Positions 12,232 through 22,935 of a stretch of DNA of 64,000 nucleotides are shown piece after piece. Source of the stretch: the human T2T-CHM13v2.0 reference genome, Homo sapiens. The notes under the pieces are model-generated. The model saw only the letters and a program-made list of their open reading frames with translations. It ran no database searches and was not told the DNA's origin. Numbering within the stretch: position 1 is the stretch's first letter; the number at the start of each line of letters is the position of its first letter. A program made the translations under genes and the position numbers. The stretch spans positions 26,112,001 through 26,176,000 of the forward strand of contig CP068257.2 in assembly GCA_009914755.4 (NCBI GenBank), in the 5' to 3' direction.

Positions 12232-12238
12232 AGACAAA

Positions 12239-12290
<52 letters not shown>

Positions 12291-12291
12291 A
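12232..12291. repeat. (GAAA)n microsatellite, about 14 units
   Basis: aaagaaagaaagaaag... seen directly. Confidence 0.95.
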
Positions 12292-13569
12292 AACCCTTTG
12301 CTAGCACAAAACAGTCCCCAAAACCTTACTGTTGGGGTTGAGAAACTGATACCTCCTATGGCACTTTGGAATGCTGAGTACTTTGAATCAAAGGAGTTGA
12401 AAGACCATAGAAGCAACTTCAGAACCAATGTCACTCTGACCTCCTGCTCTTCTGTCTCTTACCCTCTTTCTCCTGCAATAGTGCAAGGAGGGGCTCTCCC
12501 TGAACTTTCCTTATCTGTCTAAAGATTGGCCCTCTAGAAAGAATACACTTGTCATGAGTGTTTTTCCTGGGAATCTCATCAGCCAGGGAAAAGTAAAAGT
12601 ATCACAGGGGAGGAAACTGAAAGTTGACAACATGCCCAGGCAGATTTTATCACAGACTATCGCCTCTTTTTCTGAGACTGTTTATTACCTGAAAGACCTT
12701 TTGTTTGCATAACAAGACAACCTTTGTTCACCCTGCATTTTCTCCCCTCACTCTCCCATAACTTGTGTCACCACCAACCCTAGAATCCCCAGGCCTGTAT
12801 TCCTTTCTTCAGCTCAAGATGTTATATATGTTTCAATCATCTGCCCCCTTTTCAAGTCTCATATTTTGTGGGACTCCTATGTGTATGCAAATAATTAAAA
12901 TGTTTTTTTCTCCTGTTAGTAATTATCAAACCTTCAGAGGATAAAGAAAGTTTCCTTTCTCTATATTAATAATCTCTAGTCCCAACATTCCATTCCTCAT
13001 TCCCCAGCATTCACACACACATTTCCATGCTGCTTTTCAACAAAAAGTTTTATTTCCTGCAGTGTAGCAAAATAACATGATTCTAAGTTCTCTTTTATAA
13101 AATCTGTTAGCTATTATAATTCCTTCACTCACTTTCCCCTTTGTAATAAATTTTTCCCCATCCATTAAAATAATATGGGCTTAGTAGAATGCTTAAAAAA
13201 TAAAGATCCACATGAAAAATTTAAAGTCATGTATAAACATATAATTTAGTGATAATTAGTGTTAACATTTTGGCTCATTTTCTCTTTGCCTTTGTAAAAT
13301 TACATTAGTCTTGGATTTGTTTCTTTTCCTACCCCTATCACAAAAGATGCTCCTCTTCATCCATGGTTACTATTTTAGTGTGCCCTAAAGGATATCACAG
13401 CTGATATGTCAGGCTACAGTTGTAACTTCCCTAAAATTATGACCTTCTTCTATCGTTGATGTTGTCACCACGTGGTAATGAAATCTTAGGATATTATAAA
13501 TAGTTTGGTATTTGATTCTCATATTTAATAATGAATCTAGAGATTTCAGGGAAGAAATAAAGTTGATAT

Positions 13570-13922
13570 TGTTTGGATATTTGTTCCCTTTAAATGTCAT
13601 CTTGAAATTTGATCCTCAGTGTTGGAGGTGGAGCTTAGTGAAAGGCATCTAGGTCATGCAGCACTCCTAGCACCTCCAAGGTCTGCTTTTTCAAAAGAGT
13701 CTGGAGCCTCCCTTTATTCACTTTTTCCTTCTCTCTCACCGTGTGTTGGTTTCTCTCCTTTCCCTTCTGCCATGAGTGAAAACTTTCTGAAGCCCTCATC
13801 AGAAGCAGATGCTGGTACCATGCTTGCACAGCCTGCACGAGTGTAAGCCAAATAAACCTCTTTTCTTTATAAATTCCTCAGCCTCATAGTATTCCTTTAC
13901 AGCTATGCAAATGGACTAAGAC
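13570..13922 (+). mobile_element. MaLR solo LTR (MST-like), plus orientation
   Basis: ..cagtgttggaggtggagcttagtg...catcagaagcagatgctggtaccatgcttgcacagcctgcacgagtgtaagccaaataaacctcttttctttataaattcctcagcctcatagtattcctttacagctatgcaaatggactaagaca. Confidence 0.75.
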
Positions 13923-14519
13923 AAGAGTTGATCCCCTTCAACCACACAGAAAAAGACTTCCACTTTGTTGAATTTGCTTCATTTACAAACAAAACTCTAA
14001 TAATAATAGCATACAGAGAATTAAAGAATACAATTGATCATATGCACTGACTTAGAAAAGGAATGCACATGGGATGGCAAAATAGAGAAGGCTTCTTGTG
14101 AGTGTGTGGGGGAGGCAGGATAGGGTTATCTGGGTCTTTAAAAAAACACTTGACTTAAGCAGAGAGGGCTATGAGAGGGCTTAATAAAAGTACAGAGGTA
14201 GAAATACAGAAGAGGTATAAAAATAACAAATAGTCTTATGTGATTACAACTTGACATATGTAATTTAGCGGAAGCATTTTCTACTTCTGAAACAAATTAT
14301 GATTAACACTTCCTGTAATAGGTTTATAATTATGTAAACCTATTTAAATCAATCATTTGCACAACAAAATGAATGAATTAATTTGTTGCAGCTGTGTTTA
14401 CTGAGGCACACATGTAAAGCAATTTTAAATGTTGTCAAGTAACAATGATTTCGTTTCATGACTCACACTAAGTGAGAAATTCTGATTTTTTTAAGACAAA
14501 GTTTAAAAAATCAAAAACT

Positions 14520-15580
14520 TAAAACTCCTGGAACTAAAAGCATAGAAGAAAAGCTTCATGACATAGGACATGACAATGTGTTCTCACATATGACACCAAA
14601 GCACAGGGAAAGAAAGCAAAAGTAGAAAAGGGACTATATCAAACTCAAAAACTTTTGTGCATTGAAGGACACACCTAACAGCCTGAAAAGGCAACCTATG
14701 GAGTAGGAGAAAATATTTGCAAATCATATATATCTATACATATATATGGATATGATAGTAAATTGTTATACAGAAAATATAAAAAGAACTTCTATAACTC
14801 AATAACAAAAATCAAATAACTTATTTTTTTAAATGGGCTAAGGACTTGAATAGATATTTCTCCAAAAGTAATACGCAAATGGACCACAGTCATATAAAAC
14901 AAATATTTGACATCATAAATAATTAGGGAAATGCAAGTTAAAATCACAAGATATCATCTTACATTCACTAGTATGACTGCTATCAAAAAAATGAAACAAA
15001 ACAGAAAATAACAAATGTTAGTGAGAATGTGGAGAAATTGGAACCCTAGTACACTGTTGGCGGGATTGTGCAACCACTATGCAAAAATTATAAAAAATTA
15101 AAAATAGAACTACCATATTACCCAACAATTCCACATCTGGGATTTTAACCAATACTTTTAACCAAAAGTATTGAAAGAAGAGTCTCAAAGAGATATTTGA
15201 ACACTCATGTTTATAGAAGCACTATTTAAAACACCAACAAGTAGAAGCAGCCCAAATATCCATTGACAAGTGAATGGATGAAGGAAATGTAGTATATACA
15301 CATACAATGGAATATTATTCACCCCTAAAAAGGAAATCTTGTCACATACTACAGCAGGGATAAGCCTGAATGATATGCTAAATAAATAAGCCAGTCACAA
15401 TAAGACAAATACTGTATGATTCAACTTCTATAAAATGGTGATTACTAGGGACTGAGGTGAAAAAGTTCTAGATATATGTATTACAACAATTTGAATATAC
15501 TTAAAACTACTGAATTGCACTCTTAAAATGATTAAAATGAAGAAAATACATGTTTTTAACTACAATTTAATTTTTTTTAA
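14520..15580 (+). mobile_element. Ancient L1 (L1M-type) 3' end (ORF2 C-terminus and 3' UTR), plus orientation
   Basis: ..gacaccaaagcacagggaaagaaagcaaaagtagaaaagggactatatcaaactcaaaaacttttgtgc...ggcaacctatggagtaggagaaaatatttgcaaatcatatat...gtgagaatgtggagaaattggaaccctagtacactgttggcgggattgtgcaaccactatgc.. is diagnostic of old L1 3' ends. Confidence 0.8.
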
Positions 15581-16106
15581 ATCACAAATTTAGTGATAGG
15601 TATGTGGCTTTATAGATGTTTTAATCCAAACTTCACATTTTAACAATAAAAGTACTAGGACCTTAGAAGATGGGTGACTGGTTTCAGATTATCCAGTCAA
15701 GATGAAAATTTATGCCTTCCAAATTACCACATCTTAGGTGTCTTCATCTGCTAGCTTAATCCCAGGTTGTTCCTGGACTATCTCTACATCAAGCAGTGAA
15801 AGCTTAACTCCCTTCATGTTTTACGATGGATAAATATGTGAGGTGAAAATCAAGAGGCTAGCATTGACCCAATGTACATCATCTATCAAGGAGACAATGT
15901 TCGTTTGTGCTTTGATGAATCTCTAAGACAACATTGTCATGATTTTGTTTTCATCACACATTTGCATTAGGTACTCTCATTGCTTAAAGTCTCCTGGCCA
16001 CATTTCTAAATGTAAACATTCAGATAATCCGGGTCATTATAACCTTCAGTATAAAATCCAAGATTTAAAGAATACAAACACTTCTTGGTATATACATCTG
16101 GTATGT

Positions 16107-16140
16107 GCAACACACACACACATACACACACACACACACA
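16107..16140. repeat. (CA)n microsatellite
   Basis: cacacacacatacacacacacacacaca. Confidence 0.95.
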
Positions 16141-16502
16141 ATGACTGATAGGCCAGCTCTTCACTTTAACTTTATTTAATGTCAGTTTCTATAAATTGGT
16201 TAGGAAATGCTAGTAGAGTGAGATAAAGGAAATTAAAATTGTAGGTATCATTTCCACAAAGCAGGTGCCACTCTCAAAGCTTTGCTATTCCTTGATCCAC
16301 CCGGTCAAGGACACTGACATTATGTGGTAAAGGGAGAAAACGTCAGGGCTTGATTGGAGGGGAGGAAAGTAGAAGACAGAGTGGAATCAGGTAGGTGTTA
16401 GAGATAAAAATGGTCAAAAAGAACTAGGGAGCTCAAACGAAATCAGATTCATACTGCAGAGTAAATACTTGCTTTGGAGTCTCTTATTGAGCACTGAATA
16501 TC

Positions 16503-16875
16503 GTAGTGCAGGCCGCTATAACAGAGGTCATAGACTGGGTGTCTTAAAAACAGCAGAATTTTATTTCTCATAGGTCTGGAGCATGGAAGTCCAAGATCAG
16601 GCTGCCAGCATGGCCATGTTCTCCTCCATGGTTAAGGGTCTCTTCTGGGCTGCAGACTGCCATCTTCAAATCTTGTATCTTCACATGGCAGAAAAAAAGA
16701 TCAAGAAAGGTCTCTGGGATCGCTTTTATAAAGGCATTGATCCCATTAATGAAGGTTCCACTCTTATGACCTGATGACCTCCTCAAAGCCTCACATCGTA
16801 ATAACATCACATTGGGGTTACGATCTCATCATATGAATTTGCAGGGGAGGGACAAAAACATTATACCTATAATAA
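16503..16875 (+). mobile_element. MaLR LTR of MLT1 type, plus orientation
   Basis: gctataacagaggtcatagactgggtgtcttaaaaacagcagaattttatttctcataggtctggagcatggaagtccaagatcaggctgccagc...ctcttttataaaggcattgatcccattaatgaaggttccactcttatgacc...catcacattggggttacgatctcatcatatgaatttgcagggg matches the MLT1 consensus layout. Confidence 0.7.
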
Positions 16876-17703
16876 TGGATATATGCCAGACAGAGTGCTA
16901 ATAGCTGGTGTTACTGAAATTAAAAAGACTACTAAGTCCATAGGATATGGAAGAGTAAAGAATTCTAGATCATTTTGGGGTCCCTGTTAGTTTTTTATAT
17001 GCAGACAAATATTAGAAACAACAAAAAATAGTAGTGCATGTGAGACTACAAAGATGGACAGGACAAGTTAGGAGAGCTTTACATTTTAACATTAGAAATT
17101 GAGAGAGAATATCTTCTTTATTATGAAATAATTTGGAAATTACAATTTTAGTGAGCAAAGTATTTACAAGAAGGATAGTTTATGAGACAATTATCATTGA
17201 GAAAGGGAAGTATAACATCAATTCAACAGCTACTGGAGCCATGGAGTCTACACAGGAGGCAAAAGAGCTGCAGCAAAGGCCTCAGAGCAAAATAGAAACA
17301 GTCTCTCAAATGGATGAAAACAATCTAGCAAATTTTCACAAGGGTAATCAGTAGATGCTCCTTGCCAAGAGAAGGGATCTTTACCATGATGCAGAAGCTC
17401 TGCTGTACTGCACATGATAACCCAGCATCAGTTTTACTAAATTTGATTGTTCCTGGACTCAATAGAAGCTGAAGAATCATGAGTCACCAAGTCAGTGGTA
17501 GAAATGGAGGTAGCAGGATAGTGTCTCAAATGAACTTCTAGAACCATTATTCATAAATGATATACAATCCGGAATTGCTCTGCTATCATTAAGATGAACA
17601 AAGTAAACTCCATGTTCACCACTATTGCAACAATTCATTATTTCAAATATTTGAGTGCTCTATTAATGAAGGTTCTCCACAAAGGCAGGACAAGTAAAAT
17701 TAG

Positions 17704-17755
17704 CAGATGATATAGATATAGATATATACATACAGATAGATATAGATATAGATAG
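17704..17755. repeat. (GATA)n-like compound microsatellite
   Basis: gatatagatatagatatatacatacagatagatatagatatagatagatg. Confidence 0.85.
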
Positions 17756-17785
17756 ATGCACAAAAAATTGTTTTTTTAGAGGAAT

Positions 17786-18236
17786 TAGCTTATATGATTA
17801 TGGAGGTTGAGAAGTCCCATGACAGGACATTTGCAAGCTGAAGGTTTTGGGATGCTAGTAGTACAACTCAGTTCAAGTCTGAAAGCCTCAGATCCAGAGG
17901 AGCTGGTGGTATAATTCCCCATTAGAGGGTGAAGGCCTGAGAATTCAGGGGGCCACTGGAGTAACTCCTAAGGCCCAAAGGCTAGAAGGGCTGGCGTTCT
18001 GATGTAGAGGCAGGAGAAGAAGTCTCCCAGCTCCAGGAGAAAAACAATCACCCTTCTTCCTTTTCTGTTCCATGTGGGCCCTCAACATTTTGGATGGTGC
18101 TGCCCACATTGAGGGCAGGTCTTCCCCACTCAGTCCACTCCCTCACATGCCAATCTCCTAGGAACACCCTCAGACACACCCAGAAATAATACTTTACCAG
18201 TTCTCTAGTTGACATGTAACATTAACCACCTTGAGA
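17786..18236 (+). mobile_element. Ancient ERVL/MaLR-class solo LTR, 5'-truncated. Same family as 40578-41030 and 56200-56696; subfamily not assigned.
   Basis: Shares ..tatggaggttgagaagtcccatgac...gcaagctg...ggtggtataattcc...gcccacattgagggcaggtcttccccactcagtccac...cctcagacacacccagaaataatactttacc..attaaccac with the other two copies. Confidence 0.55.
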
Positions 18237-18518
18237 ACCCAACACCTATTTACACCTATTTAAGTAGCAATGGGTTATCGCAGCACGAGGCTACTATTGA
18301 AGTTGTTCATGACTATGTCCGTTTATGAAGTAATTTAAAAGATTTTTTCAGTTACTTCCATTAATCGCAGCCCACATAAACTTTGTTAACATTATTAATT
18401 ACTAAGAATGTTTTCCTCATGTATTATTGGTACATTATAGAAAATGTAAACATCCCCCTAGGTAGAAGCCATCTATTTTGTTAGTGGTGAGAAGATTATA
18501 TTAATAATTCTTTTTTTA

Positions 18519-19580
18519 AATTTATTTCTTACATTTTAAGTTCTGGGATACATGTGCAGAATGTGCAGGATTGTTATATAGGCATACACGTACAATGGTG
18601 GTTTGCTGCACCCATCAACTTATCATCTACATTAGGTATTTCTCTTAATGTTGTCCCTCCCCTAGCCCTCTACCCCCTGACAGGCCCCACTATGTAATAC
18701 TCCCCTCCCTGTGTCCATGTGTTCTCATTGTTCAACTCCCACTTATGAGTGAGAACATGTGGTGTTTGGTTTTCTGTTCTTGCGTTAGTTTGCTGAGAAT
18801 GATGGTTCCCAGCATCATCCGTGTTCCTGCAAAGGACATGAACTCATCTTTTTATGTCTTCATAGTATTCCATGGTGTATATGTGCCACATTTTCTTCAT
18901 TCAGTCTATCATTGATAGGCATTTGGGTTAGTTCCAAGTCTTTGCTATTGTGACAGTGCTGCAATAAACATACATGTGCATGTGTCTTTATAGTGGAATA
19001 ATTGATAATCCTTTGGGTATACAACCAGTAATGGGATTGTTGGGTCAAATGGTATTTCTGGTTCTAGATCCCAGAGGAATCACCAGACTGTATTTCACAA
19101 TGATTGGACTAATTTGCACTCCCACCAACAGTGTAAAAGCATTCCTATTTCTCCACATCCTCTCTAGCATCTGTTGTTTGCTGACTTTTTAATGATCGCC
19201 ATTCTAACTGGCGTGAGATGGTATCTCATTGTGGTTTTGGTTTGCATTTCTGTAATGACCAGTGATGATGAAATTTTCCATATGTTTGTTGGCCACATAA
19301 ATGTCTTCTTTTGAGAAGTGTCTGTTAATATCCTTCACCCACTTTCTGATGGGGTCGTTTGTTTTTTTTCTTGTAAATCTGTTTAAGTTCTTTGTAGATT
19401 CTGGATGTTAGCCCTTCGACAGACGGATAGATTTCAATAATTTTCTCCCATTCTATAGGTTGCCTGTTCATTCTGATGATAGTTTCTTTTGCTGTGCAGA
19501 AGCTCTTTAGTTTAATTAGATCCCATTTGTCAATTTTTGGCTTCTGTTGCCATTGCTTTGGTTTTTTAGTCATGCAACTT
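18519..19580 (-). mobile_element. L1 (older L1PA/L1PB-like) 3' ~1.06 kb, minus orientation. This is the direct arm of a twin-primed L1.
   Basis: The reverse complement reads L1 from ..catgactaaaaaaccaaagcaatggcaacagaagccaaaaattgacaaatggg.. to the 3' terminus ..cctgcacattctgcacatgtatcccagaacttaaaatg, plus a short poly-A (ttttttt at 18511-18517). The ORF at 19325-19573 (minus) is an ORF2 C-terminal remnant. Confidence 0.85.
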
Positions 19581-20378
19581 CAGCAAAGTCTCAGGATACA
19601 AAATCAATGTGCAAAAATCACAAGCATTCCTGTACACCAATAATAGACAAACAGAGAGCCAAATCATGAGTGAACTCCCATTCACAATTGCTACAAAGAG
19701 AATACAACTTACGAGGGATGTGAAGGACCTCTTCAAGGAGAACTACAAACCATTGCACAAGGAAATAAGAGAGGACACAAACAAACAGAAAAACATTCCA
19801 TGCTCATGGATAGGAAGAATCAATATTGTGAAAATGGCCATACTGCCCAAAGTAATTTATAGATTCAATGTTATCCCCATCAAACTACCATTGACTTTCT
19901 TCACAGAATTAGAAAAAACTACTTTAAATTTTATATGGAACCAAAAAAGAGTCTGTATAGCCAAGACAATCCTAAACAAAAAGAACAAAGCTGGAGGCAT
20001 CGTGCTACCTGACTTCAAACTGTACTACAAGGCTACAGTAACAAAAACAGCATGGTACTGGTACCAAAACAGATATACGGACCAATGGAACAGAATAGAG
20101 GCCTCAGAAATAACGCCACACATTGCAACCATCTGATCTTTGACAAACCTGACAAAAACAAGCAATGGGGAAAAGATTCCCTATTTAATAAATGGTATTG
20201 GGAAAACTGGCTAGCCATATGTAGAAATCTGAAACTGGACCCCTTCCTCATACCTTATATAAAAATTAACTCAAGATGGATTAAAGACTTAAACGTAAGA
20301 TGTAAAACCATAAAAACCCTAGAAGGAAACCTAGGCAATACCATTCAGGACATAGGCATGGGCAAAGACTTCATAATT
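19581..20378 (+). mobile_element. L1 ORF2 segment (about L1 positions 4740-5680), plus orientation. This is the inverted arm of the same twin-primed L1.
   Basis: caacttcagcaaagtctcaggatacaaaatcaatgtgcaaaaatcacaagcattc...ggacataggcatgggcaaagacttcata. The 175-aa ORF at 19609-20136 is an L1 ORF2 reverse-transcriptase C-terminal fragment. It is adjacent in L1 coordinates to the minus arm. Confidence 0.85.
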
Positions 20379-20421
20379 CTTTAATTCATATATTAATTCA
20401 TATATTAATATAATTCTTTAA

Positions 20422-20607
20422 TGCCTACATAACAATCCTGTACATTCTGCACATGTATCCCAGAACTTAAAATATAATAAATAAATTTTAAAAAAGAATT
20501 ATTAATATAATCTTCTCACCACTAACAAAATAGATGGCTTCTACCTAGGGGGATGTTTACATTTTCTATTATGTATCGTACCAATAATACATGAGAAAAA
20601 CATTTAT
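20422..20607 (+). repeat. Inverted duplicate (~185 bp, ~90% identity) of 18397-18583, i.e. the L1 3'-terminal ~65 bp plus ~120 bp of flank
   Basis: The reverse complement of 20422-20607 aligns with 18397-18583 (..ctcatgtattattggtac..atagaaaatgtaaacatccccctaggtagaagccatctattttgttagtggtgagaagattatattaataattc..ttaagttctgggatacatgtgcagaatgt(g/a)cagg). Confidence 0.8.
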
Positions 20608-20656
20608 AGTGACTTCTTTATTCCCTAGGCATTTTAATAGTCTGTATATGGAGTTG

Positions 20657-20679
20657 TAAAAAAAAAAAAAAAAAAAAAA
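20657..20679. repeat. Poly-A (A)23
   Basis: Homopolymer seen directly. No SINE body is adjacent. Confidence 0.9.
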
Positions 20680-21122
20680 CTAAGCCATAGTCTGCTCTTG
20701 ACTAGGCCACAGAATAGTTGGCAAGACAAATGTGTAAAGAGATATGCATAATGCATTGCTGTAGACTTAATAAAATGTGGGGCAACAGTTGATGGAAAAC
20801 AAAAGAGGGAAGTACCTTGGGAGCCAGAAAAGGCTACACAGAGGAAGTGACACTTTAACTTGGTTTTGGTAGAACTTTCTAAAGGTTGAGAAAAAGTAGA
20901 AGGACAGTACAGAGACAAGACTCAGGCCAGGTACAAAACCGGGAAAGGTTCTCGGGAGTGAAAAGTCTGGCTGTGTGAGCTTCAGGCAGCCTGAGAACTT
21001 TCCATTTCATGCACAGGAAGAAAAGCAAAATTTCCAGTGAATTAACACAAAGTTTCTTTTGATTTCTTATAATGAGATAAAAGTTATAATTACACTATAC
21101 CTATACCAAGCAATGTTTTTTC

Positions 21123-21160
21123 TCTCTTTCTCTCTCTCTCTCTTTTTCTTTTCTTTGAAT
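21123..21160. repeat. (CT)n-rich simple repeat
   Basis: tctctctttctctctctctctctttttcttttctt. Confidence 0.85.
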
Positions 21161-22907
21161 CTTGTGACCAGAAGTCTGGAACACAGAGTCTATACAGAAA
21201 AAAATTTCACTGAAGCAGCTGGGTTTCAATGCTTGGTACTAAATTTCCCTAGTCTTACAATACTGTTGAACATAAATTTGGGCCTCTCCAATATTGGCAA
21301 AAGCACATTTCATGAGGGGTGTAGACCTGTAGATGTGGGAGGATGGTATTTACCTATATCGCCTTTCCATCAAGTACATTGAATGTTGGAGACCATTTAA
21401 TAATTTGGCAAGTTAGAGTCGAGGACAAGTAAAAAGACAGCACCAGAAGTCTTTGCATATTGTTATGACTAAACAATATGATACTTTTCTTACCTTTTCC
21501 TTCAAAGCTACGCATGTAAATAAAAGCAATTTCTGCATTAATAAGCCAGCCCACAATAACTGGAAATACCAATAGAAAAATTGTACACATGCTATAAAAT
21601 TGAGGAAGGAACCATTAAAATTCCTCCAAAAAGCAAGATACTGATATGCACAGTTTTAATGTTTTACAGTCTGATATTAATATCTGCAGAAATTATACAA
21701 ACAATCTTTTGGTAATAATTGACATTATAAATAGCAATATTCTCATAATCTATAATGCTCTTTATGTATCAAAAATATAGATATAATTTCATTTTTATAT
21801 AGCAACGCAACTTTTTAATCTTTATTCAGTCTCAGTTTAGCATATTGTAAAATATAATGCTACAAAACTTCCCAAGATTTATATAGTTCCTTTGCAAAGA
21901 GAACATTAAAATCACCAGATCGAACATGAAACCATCAAGAAAACACCATTTTCTAATCAGCTTCATAGTATTAGGAGAATTCCTTGGGATAACCTTGGCC
22001 CCAATTTTACCTTTTCATCTTTTTAAGAGGATACCCAGGAGCATTTACAGATATTCACAAGTAAACAAGTGTTTATCTAATTGACCATGTTTCCAGCTAC
22101 AATTCCATCTTCATTGAAAGAGAAAAAACCTCTTCCTGAGTGTCAAACCCTCCTTTGGCTCAGCATTTCTTGGAAATTAGAACAGACAGTTTGAGATCAT
22201 GTGTAATGACATAAGACAATAGAACTCTGTCATTTAAAAATCTGACCCACGGGATGACAATCTTTGAATACTGCTTTGGAGATTTATTTTCTCATTAGAA
22301 TCTGCTTTATTTTTATAATTTCCTACAGGAACCATTCAGGACCGTACAAGGTTCAAAAGGAAGGGCAAAAAAAGAAATTCTTTTGGAGTTTTCTCCTGTG
22401 AAAGTATCTCTATGACACCATGGTTATTTTAAGGGACAAATTGTAATTGTAGAGAAGAACAAGGTCATATTGAATTAAAGTAAATTATTCTGAAACAATT
22501 TCAGCATATGATAAAATGGTTTTGAAGAAATATTCTCATCTGTACGTTAATGAAAAACATTTAAAAAATCTAGAACCCACATTGTGTGAGCATGTCTATT
22601 GACAGAAGGAAATTAAAAAGAAAATGAAGGCTTGTGAATTAGAAAATAATAATCTGAGTGATTAGAGTTTTATACCCTCAAGCAGTATTCAAACACAAGT
22701 AAATCAAATCTGATGTAGGTAAGAAGTTTTAGGACGGATGGTAAAAATGAGATCACACCGAATGTCCATGGAAATGTTGGAATTACGAATTCTTGCCTCT
22801 TTTAGTTCCAAAGGGCCAGTTTTCGGGGATGGAAGCGAACATATATTCATGAAAATCTTCAAACAGGCCATGTTTCTGTCTTAAAAGCTCCAGAATAAAA
22901 GATCTTT

Positions 22908-22935
22908 GTGTGTGTGTGTGTGTGTGTGTGTGTTT
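22908..22935. repeat. (GT)n microsatellite
   Basis: tgtgtgtgtgtgtgtgtgtgtgtgtg. Confidence 0.95.

Noticed and set aside
12175-12522. 115-aa ORF with a KERKKERKKERKK repeat
   Set aside because: This is a translation of the (GAAA)n microsatellite at 12232-12291, not a real basic-repeat protein.
19609-20136. 175-aa ORF on the plus strand
   Set aside because: This is the C-terminal part of L1 ORF2 (..[64 protein letters not shown]..) inside the inverted arm of a twin-primed L1.
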